Source: Thainema sp.
GTDB taxonomy: Bacteria; Cyanobacteriota; Cyanobacteriia; Phormidesmidales; Phormidesmidaceae
DNA length: 24,364 bases
NCBI GenBank assembly: GCA_052168235.1
Contig: JBQLZK010000081.1
Coordinates: forward strand, 1 to 24,364
Reading direction: 5' to 3'
The notes under the pieces are model-generated. The model had not been told where the DNA came from. It saw only the letters and a program-made list of their open reading frames with translations, and ran no database searches. Every line of letters starts with the position of its first letter. Positions within the stretch are counted from its first letter, which is position 1. Shown here piece after piece: positions 17,007 to 24,364 of this stretch. Both the position numbers and the translations under genes were made by a program.

Positions 17007-17285
17007 ATGGCGGATATACGATGCGATCGCAGTGATGCTGGGATCTGCTATGGTCAGATCTCCCAGTCTGCTGCGGTTTTACCCCAGAACTGCTGGCAGA
17101 TTAAACCTTATATCCCGGAAGGCGTAACGCCGCAACCCAATATGTGGGTACAGATTCAGCATGACTTAGATGCGATCGCAAGTCAGGACGCCTTACTCCT
17201 GTGCCGCGATGCGAATCAGTGGCTGGCCTGGATCCCTGACTATGGGGAGATTCGGCTCGACCTTACGGCATTTGAGGTGTTGTAG
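17007..17285 (+). CDS. Hypothetical protein (92 aa)
   Basis: GAGG upstream of the ATG. C-terminal WV...ALLLC...WLAWIPDYGE resembles a small cyanobacterial family (recall). 23-nt convergent overlap with the kinase. Confidence 0.7.
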   Translation: MADIRCDRSDAGICYGQISQSAAVLPQNCWQIKPYIPEGVTPQPNMWVQIQHDLDAIASQDALLLCRDANQWLAWIPDYGEIRLDLTAFEVL

Positions 17286-20079
17286 ACTGCAGGGCGATTG
17301 TGTGAGGGGTCGTTAGCGGTAGCTCGACAATGAAGCAGGTGCGCTGGTTGCCGCTCTCGACGCGGATTGAGCCGCCCAAATATTCCACCAGCTTTTTCAC
17401 TAGGGCTAATCCCAACCCTGTTCCTTCATGTCGCCACGGGTCGCTGCTGGGAATGCGATAAAACCGATCAAAAATGCGATCGCGTTCGGCTTCTGCAATT
17501 TCGATGCCTGAATTTTCGACGTGCACAACCAAGTCGTTGTCGGTGGCGTGGGCCGCCAGCAAAATCGTATCTTGCCGTGGTGTGTACTTGCAGGCATTGG
17601 TCAGCAGTTCTGAAAAAATTCGTTCAAAGTAAGACACATCGGTTTCCAAACCGGGTAGATGGTCGGGAAGCATAAACCGCAGCTGTTGTCCATTTTGGCG
17701 AGTGCGCTCAATAAACGGTTCGGCGATGTGCGCTAGCCAAAACTGCGGCTGAATCGTCATCAGCGCCAGCGGTTCGGTCTGGGCATCAAGGCGAGAAAGG
17801 TCTAGTAAGTCGTTGATCAGGCTAATTTCCCGCTGACATTCTTGATACAAAATGGCCAAATAGCGATCCAGCTGCGTGGTGGGCTGTTTGGTGATTTCGT
17901 CGTTGAGTAAACCCTGCTGTCTCAGATAGACATTAATCATCTCAGTCGCCATTTGAATACTGGACATGGGCGTCCGCAGCTCATGGGACACTGTGCTGAG
18001 AAAATCGTCCTTCAACTGATTGAGCATTTCGAGTTCTTCGACCTGCGTTTGGGCCGCTTTGTACAACCGAGCCTGCCGCAGTGCGATCGCACAGTGGTTA
18101 GCAATTTGCTGTACCAGTCGCTGCTCCTCAGGTTCAAACACCTCATTGGCTGATCGCAACAGCCACAGACTGCCCAAGATACCCTGGTCATCGGCCATAG
18201 GACAAGCCAAAATCGTATACTGGCGCTGCAGATGACGGATGGTATCGGAGCCCAAATCGCAGGCTTGGATTGCTACCCCCTTTAGCATCTGATAGTCCAA
18301 ATAGTTCGCCTCGCTGACCGGATGTACCGTGCCCTGAATGGGGGGCAGAACATTCGTATATTCATGGCTAATGAAAATCGACTGCTGCGTACTGTCATAG
18401 ATGCCGGTATTACAGGCAATCACATCCAGGGCCGTACCCAATTCTTGCACGGCGTTTGCAAGAATCTGATCTTCGTCCAAACTGCTGCGGACGATATCGG
18501 TGATGCGACGAATCAGAGCTTCAAACTTGAGCGCCTGTTGAAGCTGCCGTGTGCGGCGCATGACGGTTTGCTCAAGATTGCTGTTCAGCATCTGTACCTG
18601 CTGATAGAGTTCAGCCTGCTGTAGTGCGATCGCAACCTGATCGGCCAATTGCCGCAGCAGATCAACTTCCCAAGACTGCCACTGGCGCGGCGCACGACAG
18701 TGATGCGCGATCAGCAGTCCCCACAAATTTCGATCCTGCAAGATGGGCACGACGAGATTGGAGCGCACTTGAAAACTCTCCAGCATGTTCAGGTAGCAAC
18801 GATTTAATCCCTCTGCATAAATATCGCTAATTGTGTAGGCTTCTCCCCGCTGGTAGCGAGCGGTATGCTCTTTTTTCTCAAAGCAGGGGTCGTGAATGGT
18901 CATATTCAACAGCGACATCCAGGGCGACAAGACCGACTCCACGGCCACGACGCCACTCCAGTCGGGATTGAACTGATACAGAATGACTCGATCGGTCTGA
19001 ATGAACTCCCGCACCTCAGCCACGGTGGTTTGTAAAACCACATCCAGATCAAGCGACTGGCGAATCCGCTGGGTGATGATAGCCAGCAGTCGCTCCTGAC
19101 GCAGCCGCAGACTGAGGGTGGTTTGAGTCTGTTGCCGATGCTGGAGTTCAGATTGAGCCTGTTGATAAAGCTGGGATTTTTGAATTGCGATCGCAGCTTG
19201 GGTAGCAATATGAGTCAAAAATTCAATTTCGGAGGGCTGCCACTGGCGCGGATTGCTGCACTGATGGGCAATCAGCAGTCCCCACAGCCGCTGATTTTGC
19301 ACAATCGATACGACCAAATTGGCCCGGATCTGCAAGCCCAGCAGCATGTCGCGATGACAGGGCGTTAAGCCCGCTGCTTGGACATCGGTGATGGCCTGGA
19401 CGCGGCCTTGGGCATACTGTTCGGCATACTGATTAGTAAAGTCACAGTCTTCAATCGTTTGGGACTGGATCGAAGGCCAGTGCGGGTCAGCCGATTCGGC
19501 TAGGACAACTCCGGCCTTGCCCTGCTGAAGCTGATAGACAATAACGCGATCGCACTCCAGGTACTGCCGCGCTTCTCTAACGGTCGTTTGCAGAATCTCG
19601 CTCAGATCAAGGGATTGATGGATTTGCTGATTAATGTGGTGAATCAGTCGTTCGCGGTTCGTCTCCATGTGCTGGGGACGTGCCTGTAGCTGACACTGGG
19701 AACAACTCTGGAGATAACCAAACCCAACAATTTCTGCGATCTGTCCCTGCGCATCGGGAACAGCCATGAAGTTCCAGCAGGTCGTGTAAGCCTGCCCATT
19801 CTTCGTAACCAGAGTTAATTCGTAGTCCGTTACAGACCCAGCTTGGCTCAATGCGCTCAGTAGTCGCTCATGCTGCGCCTCTTCCCCCGGATGGAGGATT
19901 TGCCACCAGTGACGATGGATTAGCTCATCTGGCTGGTATCCAGCCAGTGGCTCAATCGCAGCATTCACGGCCAGCGTGGTGCCATCGGCCTGAATTCGAC
20001 AAGCGATCGCAGTGGCTAGTTCATTGGGCTGAGGAACGAAAGGAAATTCGTCAAACTGATGGTCAGCGGTTTGGTTCAT
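17263..20079 (-). CDS. Cyanobacteriochrome sensor histidine kinase (PAS-GAF-GAF-GAF-HisKA-HATPase)
   Basis: N-terminal PAS. GAF1 has EDCDF...PCH; GAF2 has HDPCF...RCY; GAF3 lacks the motifs. H-box VSHELRTP, N-box ELLTNACKY, G2 GTGLGL. Confidence 0.92.
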   Translation of the reverse strand: MNQTADHQFDEFPFVPQPNELATAIACRIQADGTTLAVNAAIEPLAGYQPDELIHRHWWQILHPGEEAQHERLLSALSQAGSVTDYELTLVTKNGQAYTTCWNFMAVPDAQGQIAEIVGFGYLQSCSQCQLQARPQHMETNRERLIHHINQQIHQSLDLSEILQTTVREARQYLECDRVIVYQLQQGKAGVVLAESADPHWPSIQSQTIEDCDFTNQYAEQYAQGRVQAITDVQAAGLTPCHRDMLLGLQIRANLVVSIVQNQRLWGLLIAHQCSNPRQWQPSEIEFLTHIATQAAIAIQKSQLYQQAQSELQHRQQTQTTLSLRLRQERLLAIITQRIRQSLDLDVVLQTTVAEVREFIQTDRVILYQFNPDWSGVVAVESVLSPWMSLLNMTIHDPCFEKKEHTARYQRGEAYTISDIYAEGLNRCYLNMLESFQVRSNLVVPILQDRNLWGLLIAHHCRAPRQWQSWEVDLLRQLADQVAIALQQAELYQQVQMLNSNLEQTVMRRTRQLQQALKFEALIRRITDIVRSSLDEDQILANAVQELGTALDVIACNTGIYDSTQQSIFISHEYTNVLPPIQGTVHPVSEANYLDYQMLKGVAIQACDLGSDTIRHLQRQYTILACPMADDQGILGSLWLLRSANEVFEPEEQRLVQQIANHCAIALRQARLYKAAQTQVEELEMLNQLKDDFLSTVSHELRTPMSSIQMATEMINVYLRQQGLLNDEITKQPTTQLDRYLAILYQECQREISLINDLLDLSRLDAQTEPLALMTIQPQFWLAHIAEPFIERTRQNGQQLRFMLPDHLPGLETDVSYFERIFSELLTNACKYTPRQDTILLAAHATDNDLVVHVENSGIEIAEAERDRIFDRFYRIPSSDPWRHEGTGLGLALVKKLVEYLGGSIRVESGNQRTCFIVELPLTTPHTIALQSTTPQMP

Positions 20080-20173
20080 CAGCTTTTCTTAAAGCAGTAG
20101 TATGAAAAGGTTTTATGGTTAAAACGACCGAGATGCACTCTGCAAAACAGGCCGATGATAAATATATTCTGGA

Positions 20174-20275
20174 GCGAGACTGGATTAACGAGACCGTATT
20201 AACGAAATTAGCGAGACTGTATTAATGCGAGACTGTATCGACGAGAGATTATATGAGCGAGACCGTACCGAGAAT
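20174..20275. repeat. Degenerate tandem array with a unit of about 14 bp (CGAGAC[C/T]GTATTAA-like), about 7 units
   Basis: CGAGA cores at 20175, 20189, 20212, 20228, 20242, 20258 and 20269, plus a truncated unit at 20203. Confidence 0.8.
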
Positions 20276-20749
20276 AATCTGCAACCGTTATTCCCTTGAT
20301 TATTTTTAGGACAGATTCAGCACTGTATGCAATTCCTAATCCGGGAGTGTAAGGTGCGATCGCGTCAGACTTAGTCCGATTTAAACCATCTCTAAATCGC
20401 CTCGACTACTGTGATTGTGCCCATCTGCTCTGCAGGCCCAACTTTCTTTCTGCAAAGCTATTTAGCCTTTATAAGTTGTGTCCAAAAGCACAGACGGGGT
20501 CAGGCAAATCGGCACCTTAAGATTTGCAAAGATTTGTGGCTGCTTGCTCATAATTTTATTCTGCAAAGTATTACAGCCCTCAGTCTCCACCCAGATAAGC
20601 ACGATATGTTGATTCATGTCTTGCAACTGGCGCATTCAGAATCTGAAGTAGTGATTATATCGCCGTGATGCGGCGCAATCACTACTTCGGGATTTCGAGT
20701 AAGCGGTCAGTTCAGCAACATTCACCTTGTAATGAGACGGTAGAACAAG

Positions 20750-23110
20750 ATGAGCGAGCCGATTGGTAATCCCTTTGCTGTTCCCTTTCCCCAGTCGATG
20801 CTGATTTTGAGCCGTACAGAACACGATCGGCTGCCGCTGACGGTTGAAGGCACGCTGCCAGGAGATTTGCAGGGACATGCGTTCGTGATTGGCCCAGCGG
20901 GTTCATTGACTAACGCCCCGATACCTGGCACTCCGCTTTTGCGGCCCACCGAGGACGGAACGCCCATTTTCAATGGCGACGCTATGATTTATCGGCTAGA
21001 TTTCGATGCCGCAGCCACCGAAAGCCGCGTCTACCTCACCAATCATCTGGCCAAAACACCGTGCTACTACACCGATCAGGCCACTTTGCCTGGACAACTC
21101 CAGCAGCACTTAGGCTATAACAATCACGGACTAGCTCGCCTTTCGGTCTTCTGCGGCTTTCGCAACGAGGTGAACACGGCTCTGATTCCCATGCAGTTTT
21201 CCGAGGACGATGGAACGCGGTTAATCATCACCTGGGATGCCGGACGGCCCTACGAGATCGACCCCTATACACTGCAAATCGCCACGCCTGTTGGTCGCAA
21301 CGATGAGTGGCAAGAGCAGATCAACATCGATTTACCCTTCGGCATTGTCACCACTACCGCCCATGCCTTTTTTGACCCATATGCTCCGGATGGGGCAACG
21401 CTGTTTACGCTCAACTACGGCAAATCCATTCCCACAGCGGTTGAACCCTTTCTCAATCAGGATTTAGGGCTCTCATGGTCAGATCTGAAAACGCTGATTG
21501 AAGCAATCGAGCAGCGGTTGACGCTGATTAAAGTGCCGCTAGAAACGCTGATTCAACTAGATAAAGCGTTACTCAACGAGTGGCCGCTGATCCAGCCGTT
21601 TCAGGATGCCTGGGATGCGATCGCAAAACCAACTATCAAACAAATTCTGCAAGATATGCATCATCTGGCCGCTGAAATTGATCCATTTTTGCCTTGGTCA
21701 AACGTGCCGCTGCCCTATCACGACTTTGTGCGCAATTTTGCCAGTCTGCTGGAGGAAGAGTTTGACGCGGGTGCCGAAGATTTGCTGACGCTGGTGAAAG
21801 ATATCCTCGATCTGATCCCGATTCTGAAAAAGCTGGTTGATGCGGCTGAAGAGATGACCGATTTTGTCGATCTGATCCAGTGGGATGGCCAAGGTGATCT
21901 GCAAAAGTGGCGCGTGTTGGTGGAAACAGCAAAGGGGCCGCAACCAATTTCCATCCGTCAAAGCATGCACCAAATCGCCGTCACTCAGGACTACGTAGTG
22001 CTGATGGACACGGTTTTCAAGCTGGGGGCCGAGCAGTTACTGACTAGCCCACTACCGCAGCATCCCAAAATCGAGCAGTTACTGCGCGATGTGCTGGACT
22101 TTCGGGAATCTACTGACACCATTATTTACATTGTGCGCCGCGCCGATTTAACTGCGGCTAATTCGCAGGTGACGGCCAAGCAAGCGACGATTCCCCGTGG
22201 TGCTGCTCACTTTCTGGCGGATTATGACAATCCGAATCATAAAATCACGCTGCATCTAGCCCACAACACCGCTTGGGATCCCTCGGAATGGACGCGGCCC
22301 TACGATGACTTTCTGGGGCAAGATCCGCCGCTCTACGGCATGTCGGTGGCGGGCATGGACGTAAACCACATTGGCCGCTACGTGGTGGATGGTGAAACGG
22401 GAGAACTCTGTGAGTCAGTGCTGCTGACGGATTTTGAGCATACTTGGATGACGGCCATCTACGCCTTTGACGGTTTGCAGCCTCCCCGTCAGTTCAAGAA
22501 TATCTACTGGAATTCCTGGGGTTGCTGGCAGGATCTGCTGACGAAATATATCCAAGAGTCCTACACCGACTACCGCTATCGGGAAGTGCCCGTCGAGCAG
22601 GTGCAAGACATCACCAAGCGCGGCATTCCGGTTAACCTCTGTCGCGTCGATACCGAAAAAATGCAGGTAGCCGACAGCTATCAGTTTCCACCCGGCTGCT
22701 TTGGCTATTCGGCTCAGTTTATGCCTAGGAAGCGTTCTGGTAGCGAGGCTGAAGGGTCGGTGAATAACGCGATTGACCCATCAATGGACGGCTATATCGT
22801 TTGCGTCGTGAACACCAGCGATCGCCCGACGCAGACTGACTTTTGGATTTTTGACGCCGCCAATTTGCAGCAAGGCCCTGTCTGCAAGCTGGTTCACCCA
22901 GAGGTCAAACTAGGACTGACGATTCATTCCACCTGGTTGCCCGAAATCAAGCCCCGTTCCGCCACCTACAATGTACCCGTACGCGCTGACTACCAAAACC
23001 GTCTCCAGCACAACCTGATGCAGGATATTCATCCCACAGCCGTTGCCGACGTGCAGCAGTTGTTCGAAAAATTTGTCTATCCTAATTTTGAGGCGAAATT
23101 TTTAAAGTAA
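20750..23110 (+). CDS. Carotenoid oxygenase / lignostilbene dioxygenase (RPE65) family protein with a large insertion
   Basis: VEGTLPGDLQG, FNGDAMIYRLDF, NTAL, WDAGRPYEIDP.TL. Candidate Fe-ligating histidines in TTTAH, SMHQ, AAHF and TIHSTW. Confidence 0.88.
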   Translation: MSEPIGNPFAVPFPQSMLILSRTEHDRLPLTVEGTLPGDLQGHAFVIGPAGSLTNAPIPGTPLLRPTEDGTPIFNGDAMIYRLDFDAAATESRVYLTNHLAKTPCYYTDQATLPGQLQQHLGYNNHGLARLSVFCGFRNEVNTALIPMQFSEDDGTRLIITWDAGRPYEIDPYTLQIATPVGRNDEWQEQINIDLPFGIVTTTAHAFFDPYAPDGATLFTLNYGKSIPTAVEPFLNQDLGLSWSDLKTLIEAIEQRLTLIKVPLETLIQLDKALLNEWPLIQPFQDAWDAIAKPTIKQILQDMHHLAAEIDPFLPWSNVPLPYHDFVRNFASLLEEEFDAGAEDLLTLVKDILDLIPILKKLVDAAEEMTDFVDLIQWDGQGDLQKWRVLVETAKGPQPISIRQSMHQIAVTQDYVVLMDTVFKLGAEQLLTSPLPQHPKIEQLLRDVLDFRESTDTIIYIVRRADLTAANSQVTAKQATIPRGAAHFLADYDNPNHKITLHLAHNTAWDPSEWTRPYDDFLGQDPPLYGMSVAGMDVNHIGRYVVDGETGELCESVLLTDFEHTWMTAIYAFDGLQPPRQFKNIYWNSWGCWQDLLTKYIQESYTDYRYREVPVEQVQDITKRGIPVNLCRVDTEKMQVADSYQFPPGCFGYSAQFMPRKRSGSEAEGSVNNAIDPSMDGYIVCVVNTSDRPTQTDFWIFDAANLQQGPVCKLVHPEVKLGLTIHSTWLPEIKPRSATYNVPVRADYQNRLQHNLMQDIHPTAVADVQQLFEKFVYPNFEAKFLK

Positions 23111-23116
23111 GGCGAG

Positions 23117-24109
23117 ATGTCACTAATTACCCTGCGCCCGGAAGGACTCTACTGTGAAGCGGGTGGATTTTATATCGATCCGTGGCGTCCAGTGGATCTG
23201 GCGCTGATTACCCATGCCCATTCCGATCATGCTCGGGTCGGTTCGCAGCAGTATATCGCTACCCAAATCTCCGCCGGAGTTTTGCAAAGGCGACTGGGAG
23301 AAGAGATTAACTTACAGGGCGTGCAGTATGGTGAGCGGCTCAAGCTGGGTGATACCTGGGTTTCCTTTCATCCGGCGGGGCATGTCCTTGGGTCGGCTCA
23401 AGTTCGGGTGGAACAGGGTGACGATGTCTGGGTTGTGTCCGGCGATTACAAGCGCGATGCCGATCCGACCTGCGCCCCGTTTGAGGTCGTTCCCTGCAAT
23501 ACCTTCATTACTGAAGCCACATTTGGCTTACCCATCTACAAATGGGAAACGGGCGAACAGCTTGCCCAACAAATCTACGACTGGTGGCAGCAAGATTGCG
23601 ATCGCGCTTCCATCCTGTTTTGCTATGCCTTTGGTAAAGCGCAGCGGATTTTGAGTGAGCTAACTCGATTTACGGATCGACCCGTCTATGTGCACGGTGC
23701 GATTCAGGCGCTGACGGAAATTTATCGTGAACAGGAAATTCCCATGCTGGAGACGATTCCAACGTCCGATATGCCGCGCAACCACCGCTATGAGGGTGAA
23801 CTAGTGCTGTCGCCACCGTCGGGCCATCGGTCGAGCTGGATGAAGCGGTTCAAGCATCCTCAGACGGCCTTTGCCTCTGGCTGGATGGCCGTGCGGGGTG
23901 CCCGCAGGCGGCGCGGCTACGAGCGGGGCTTTGTGCTGTCAGACCATGCCGATTGGCCCAGTTTAATCAATACGGTGCAACAAACCGGAGCGCAGACCGT
24001 CTATGTGACCCACGGCCAAAACGATGTCCTGTCCCGCTATCTTCAGGAAACCTATCACCTGAACGCAATGTCGCTGGATACCCTGTATGAGGGAGAAGGC
24101 GATATTTGA
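23117..24109 (+). CDS. Ligase-associated DNA damage response exonuclease (MBL/beta-CASP fold)
   Basis: GLYCEAGGFYIDPWRPV, ITHAHSDH, PAGHVLGSAQ, SGDYK, EATFGLP, YAFGKAQR, ASGWM, LSDHADW and VTHG. Confidence 0.93.
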   Translation: MSLITLRPEGLYCEAGGFYIDPWRPVDLALITHAHSDHARVGSQQYIATQISAGVLQRRLGEEINLQGVQYGERLKLGDTWVSFHPAGHVLGSAQVRVEQGDDVWVVSGDYKRDADPTCAPFEVVPCNTFITEATFGLPIYKWETGEQLAQQIYDWWQQDCDRASILFCYAFGKAQRILSELTRFTDRPVYVHGAIQALTEIYREQEIPMLETIPTSDMPRNHRYEGELVLSPPSGHRSSWMKRFKHPQTAFASGWMAVRGARRRRGYERGFVLSDHADWPSLINTVQQTGAQTVYVTHGQNDVLSRYLQETYHLNAMSLDTLYEGEGDI

Positions 24110-24221
24110 TGGGTTATGACAGTACAAAAATTATTATCTGGTTTTGGTCGCAAATGTTGTACAAAACGCTGTATGGCGTATCTGCCTGGTTCTAAGGATT
24201 GTGAATTAAATTTCATATTGG

Positions 24222-24287
24222 GTAGGGGCGGGTTTAGCCGTCAACTCTATGACACGATACAAATTGGTCTGCTAAACCCGCCCCTAC
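24222..24287. repeat. GTAG-family REP-like element
   Basis: GTAGGGGCGGGTTTAGC ... GCTAAACCCGCCCCTAC: perfect 17-bp inverted ends, 66 bp in total like the copy at 10445. Confidence 0.85.
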
Positions 24288-24311
24288 AGCAGATTTGTGA
24301 AATCCATGCTC

Positions 24312-24364
24312 CTAAGAACCTATCCGAAAACCGATGTTGTTCGGGAGATGAGTGCTTAAGGTGA
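24312..24364 (+). mobile_element. End of the same IS/MITE-like element as at 1-58, truncated by the window edge
   Basis: CTAAGAACCTATCCGAAAACCGATGTTGTTCGGGAGATGAGTGCTTAAGGTGA is 51/53 identical to the reverse complement of 6-58. Confidence 0.7.

Noticed and set aside
6286..20079. A single phototaxis/gliding system formed by hpsL-hpsO, pilT and the CBCR kinase
   Set aside because: The genes are separated by unrelated housekeeping genes and terminator-like hairpins, and there are no che-like genes. Proximity alone is not evidence.
20174..20275. Degenerate CRISPR or mini-array
   Set aside because: Units of about 14 bp are too short and lack unique spacers.
20287..20295. SigJ J-box-like GGGAATAAC upstream of the kinase
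   Set aside because: It lacks the terminal T of GGGAATACT; too weak without TSS data.
1..24364. Composite transposon or genomic island bounded by inverted repeats
   Set aside because: The cargo is housekeeping (ribBA, rseP, nth, glgP), HIP1 density is native, and there is no transposase or integrase. The repeats run outward off the window, which fits contig breaks.
24116..24364. 82-aa open ORF at the right edge
   Set aside because: It reads through a REP-like palindrome and the IS/MITE end, and does not resemble the expected DNA ligase N-terminus.

Overview
24.4 kb of cyanobacterial chromosome, most likely from a filamentous Leptolyngbya-like organism. This rests on roughly 30 HIP1 octamers (GCGATCGC, counted by eye), hormogonium-polysaccharide genes and a cyanobacteriochrome. 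Coding content, left to right: a candidate 32-aa membrane peptide, ribBA, a type I phosphoribosyltransferase, a cupin-YwiC operon, an acyltransferase-3, hpsL and hpsO, rseP, nth, a hypothetical protein, glgP, a PilT2-like ATPase, a small hypothetical, a PAS-3xGAF cyanobacteriochrome histidine kinase, an oversized carotenoid-oxygenase-family protein and a ligase-associated DNA damage response exonuclease. Both ends of the window carry the same 53-bp IS/MITE-like end in inverted orientation, probably contig breaks. Most notable: (i) an FNR/Dnr-type box with class II promoter geometry in front of the cupin-YwiC operon; (ii) a beta-rich, Ig-like-looking domain fused to the PilT; (iii) a DCDF variant of the DXCF motif in one GAF domain; (iv) a helical insertion of about 145 aa in the oxygenase; (v) many 7/14-bp-period duplications at gene boundaries, with uORFs over two start codons. 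I see no CRISPR array, rRNA, tRNA or clearly novel multi-gene system. All names come from motif recognition; no searches were run.
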